From NCBI GenBank assembly GCA_038893835.1, contig JAWAQR010000019.1, forward strand, positions 1-26,653: a stretch of DNA of 26,653 bases, in the 5' to 3' direction. Positions 26,385 to 26,653 of this stretch are shown one piece after another. The translations under genes were made by a program, and so were the position numbers. The stretch comes from Archaeoglobaceae archaeon (GTDB taxonomy: Archaea > Halobacteriota > Archaeoglobi > Archaeoglobales > Archaeoglobaceae). Below the pieces are notes generated by a model that saw only the letters and a program-made list of their open reading frames with translations, did not search any database and was not told the origin of the DNA. Within the stretch, counting starts at the first letter, position 1. Each line of letters opens with the position of its first letter.

Positions 26385-26653
26385 TCATCTAACCTTTGTC
26401 CCAGCAACAACTTCAGCTTCTGGAACGAGCAATACGGCCTTTCCATCCACATCCGCTGCCAGAATCATACCCCTACTTTCCACACCCATGATCTTTGCGG
26501 GTTTTAGGTTCGTTAAAACCACTACTAGTTTGCCGATGATATCTTCAGGTTTATGGTTTTCCGCTATTCCAGCAACAATTTGCCTTCTTTCTCCACCTAT
26601 GTCGACGATTAGTTTTAGTAGTTTTTTGCTCTTTTCAATTTTCTCAGCACTCA
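26385..26653 (-). CDS. metG: C-terminal tRNA-binding (OB-fold) domain, most likely the 3' end of methionine--tRNA ligase (truncated by the window, absent from the ORF track)
   Basis: Manual translation gives [66 protein letters not shown]...VAGTKVR*. A standalone Trbp111/CsaA protein cannot be excluded. Confidence 0.8.
   Translation of the reverse strand, partial: SAEKIEKSKKLLKLIVDIGGERRQIVAGIAENHKPEDIIGKLVVVLTNLKPAKIMGVESRGMILAADVDGKAVLLVPEAEVVAGTKVR

Overview
Gene-dense, AT-rich (roughly 40% GC by eye) archaeal chromosome segment. It most resembles Archaeoglobaceae: the malate dehydrogenase closely matches my recollection of the Archaeoglobus fulgidus enzyme, and BRE/TATA promoters sit in front of apparently leaderless genes. 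Most of the window is housekeeping: trkH (partial), hisS, family II pyrophosphatase, tRNA-Cys(GCA), a purine-salvage pair (phosphoribosyltransferase and adenine deaminase), mdh, purE-purC-carA-carB-larB, a DUF355 kinase, nfeD, DUF357, rsmA, a HemK2 methyltransferase, a DtxR/MntR regulator and the 3' end of a probable metG. The most interesting part is 5456-12351. It encodes an NrpR-family regulator, a TAXI-TRAP transporter with a DUF1850-like gene, glutaryl-CoA dehydrogenase and a family III CoA-transferase. Its two promoters carry a related imperfect palindrome (TTGG-N10-CCRA, similar to the NrpR operator) starting exactly 22 bp before the TATA box. This suggests a C5-dicarboxylate (glutarate) uptake and catabolism regulon run by a repurposed NrpR paralog, possibly acting as an activator. 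The cluster is followed by about 350 bp that looks like a shattered KaiC/RAD55-like gene. No CRISPR array, mobile element or rRNA was seen. All family assignments come from motif recognition, not database searches.
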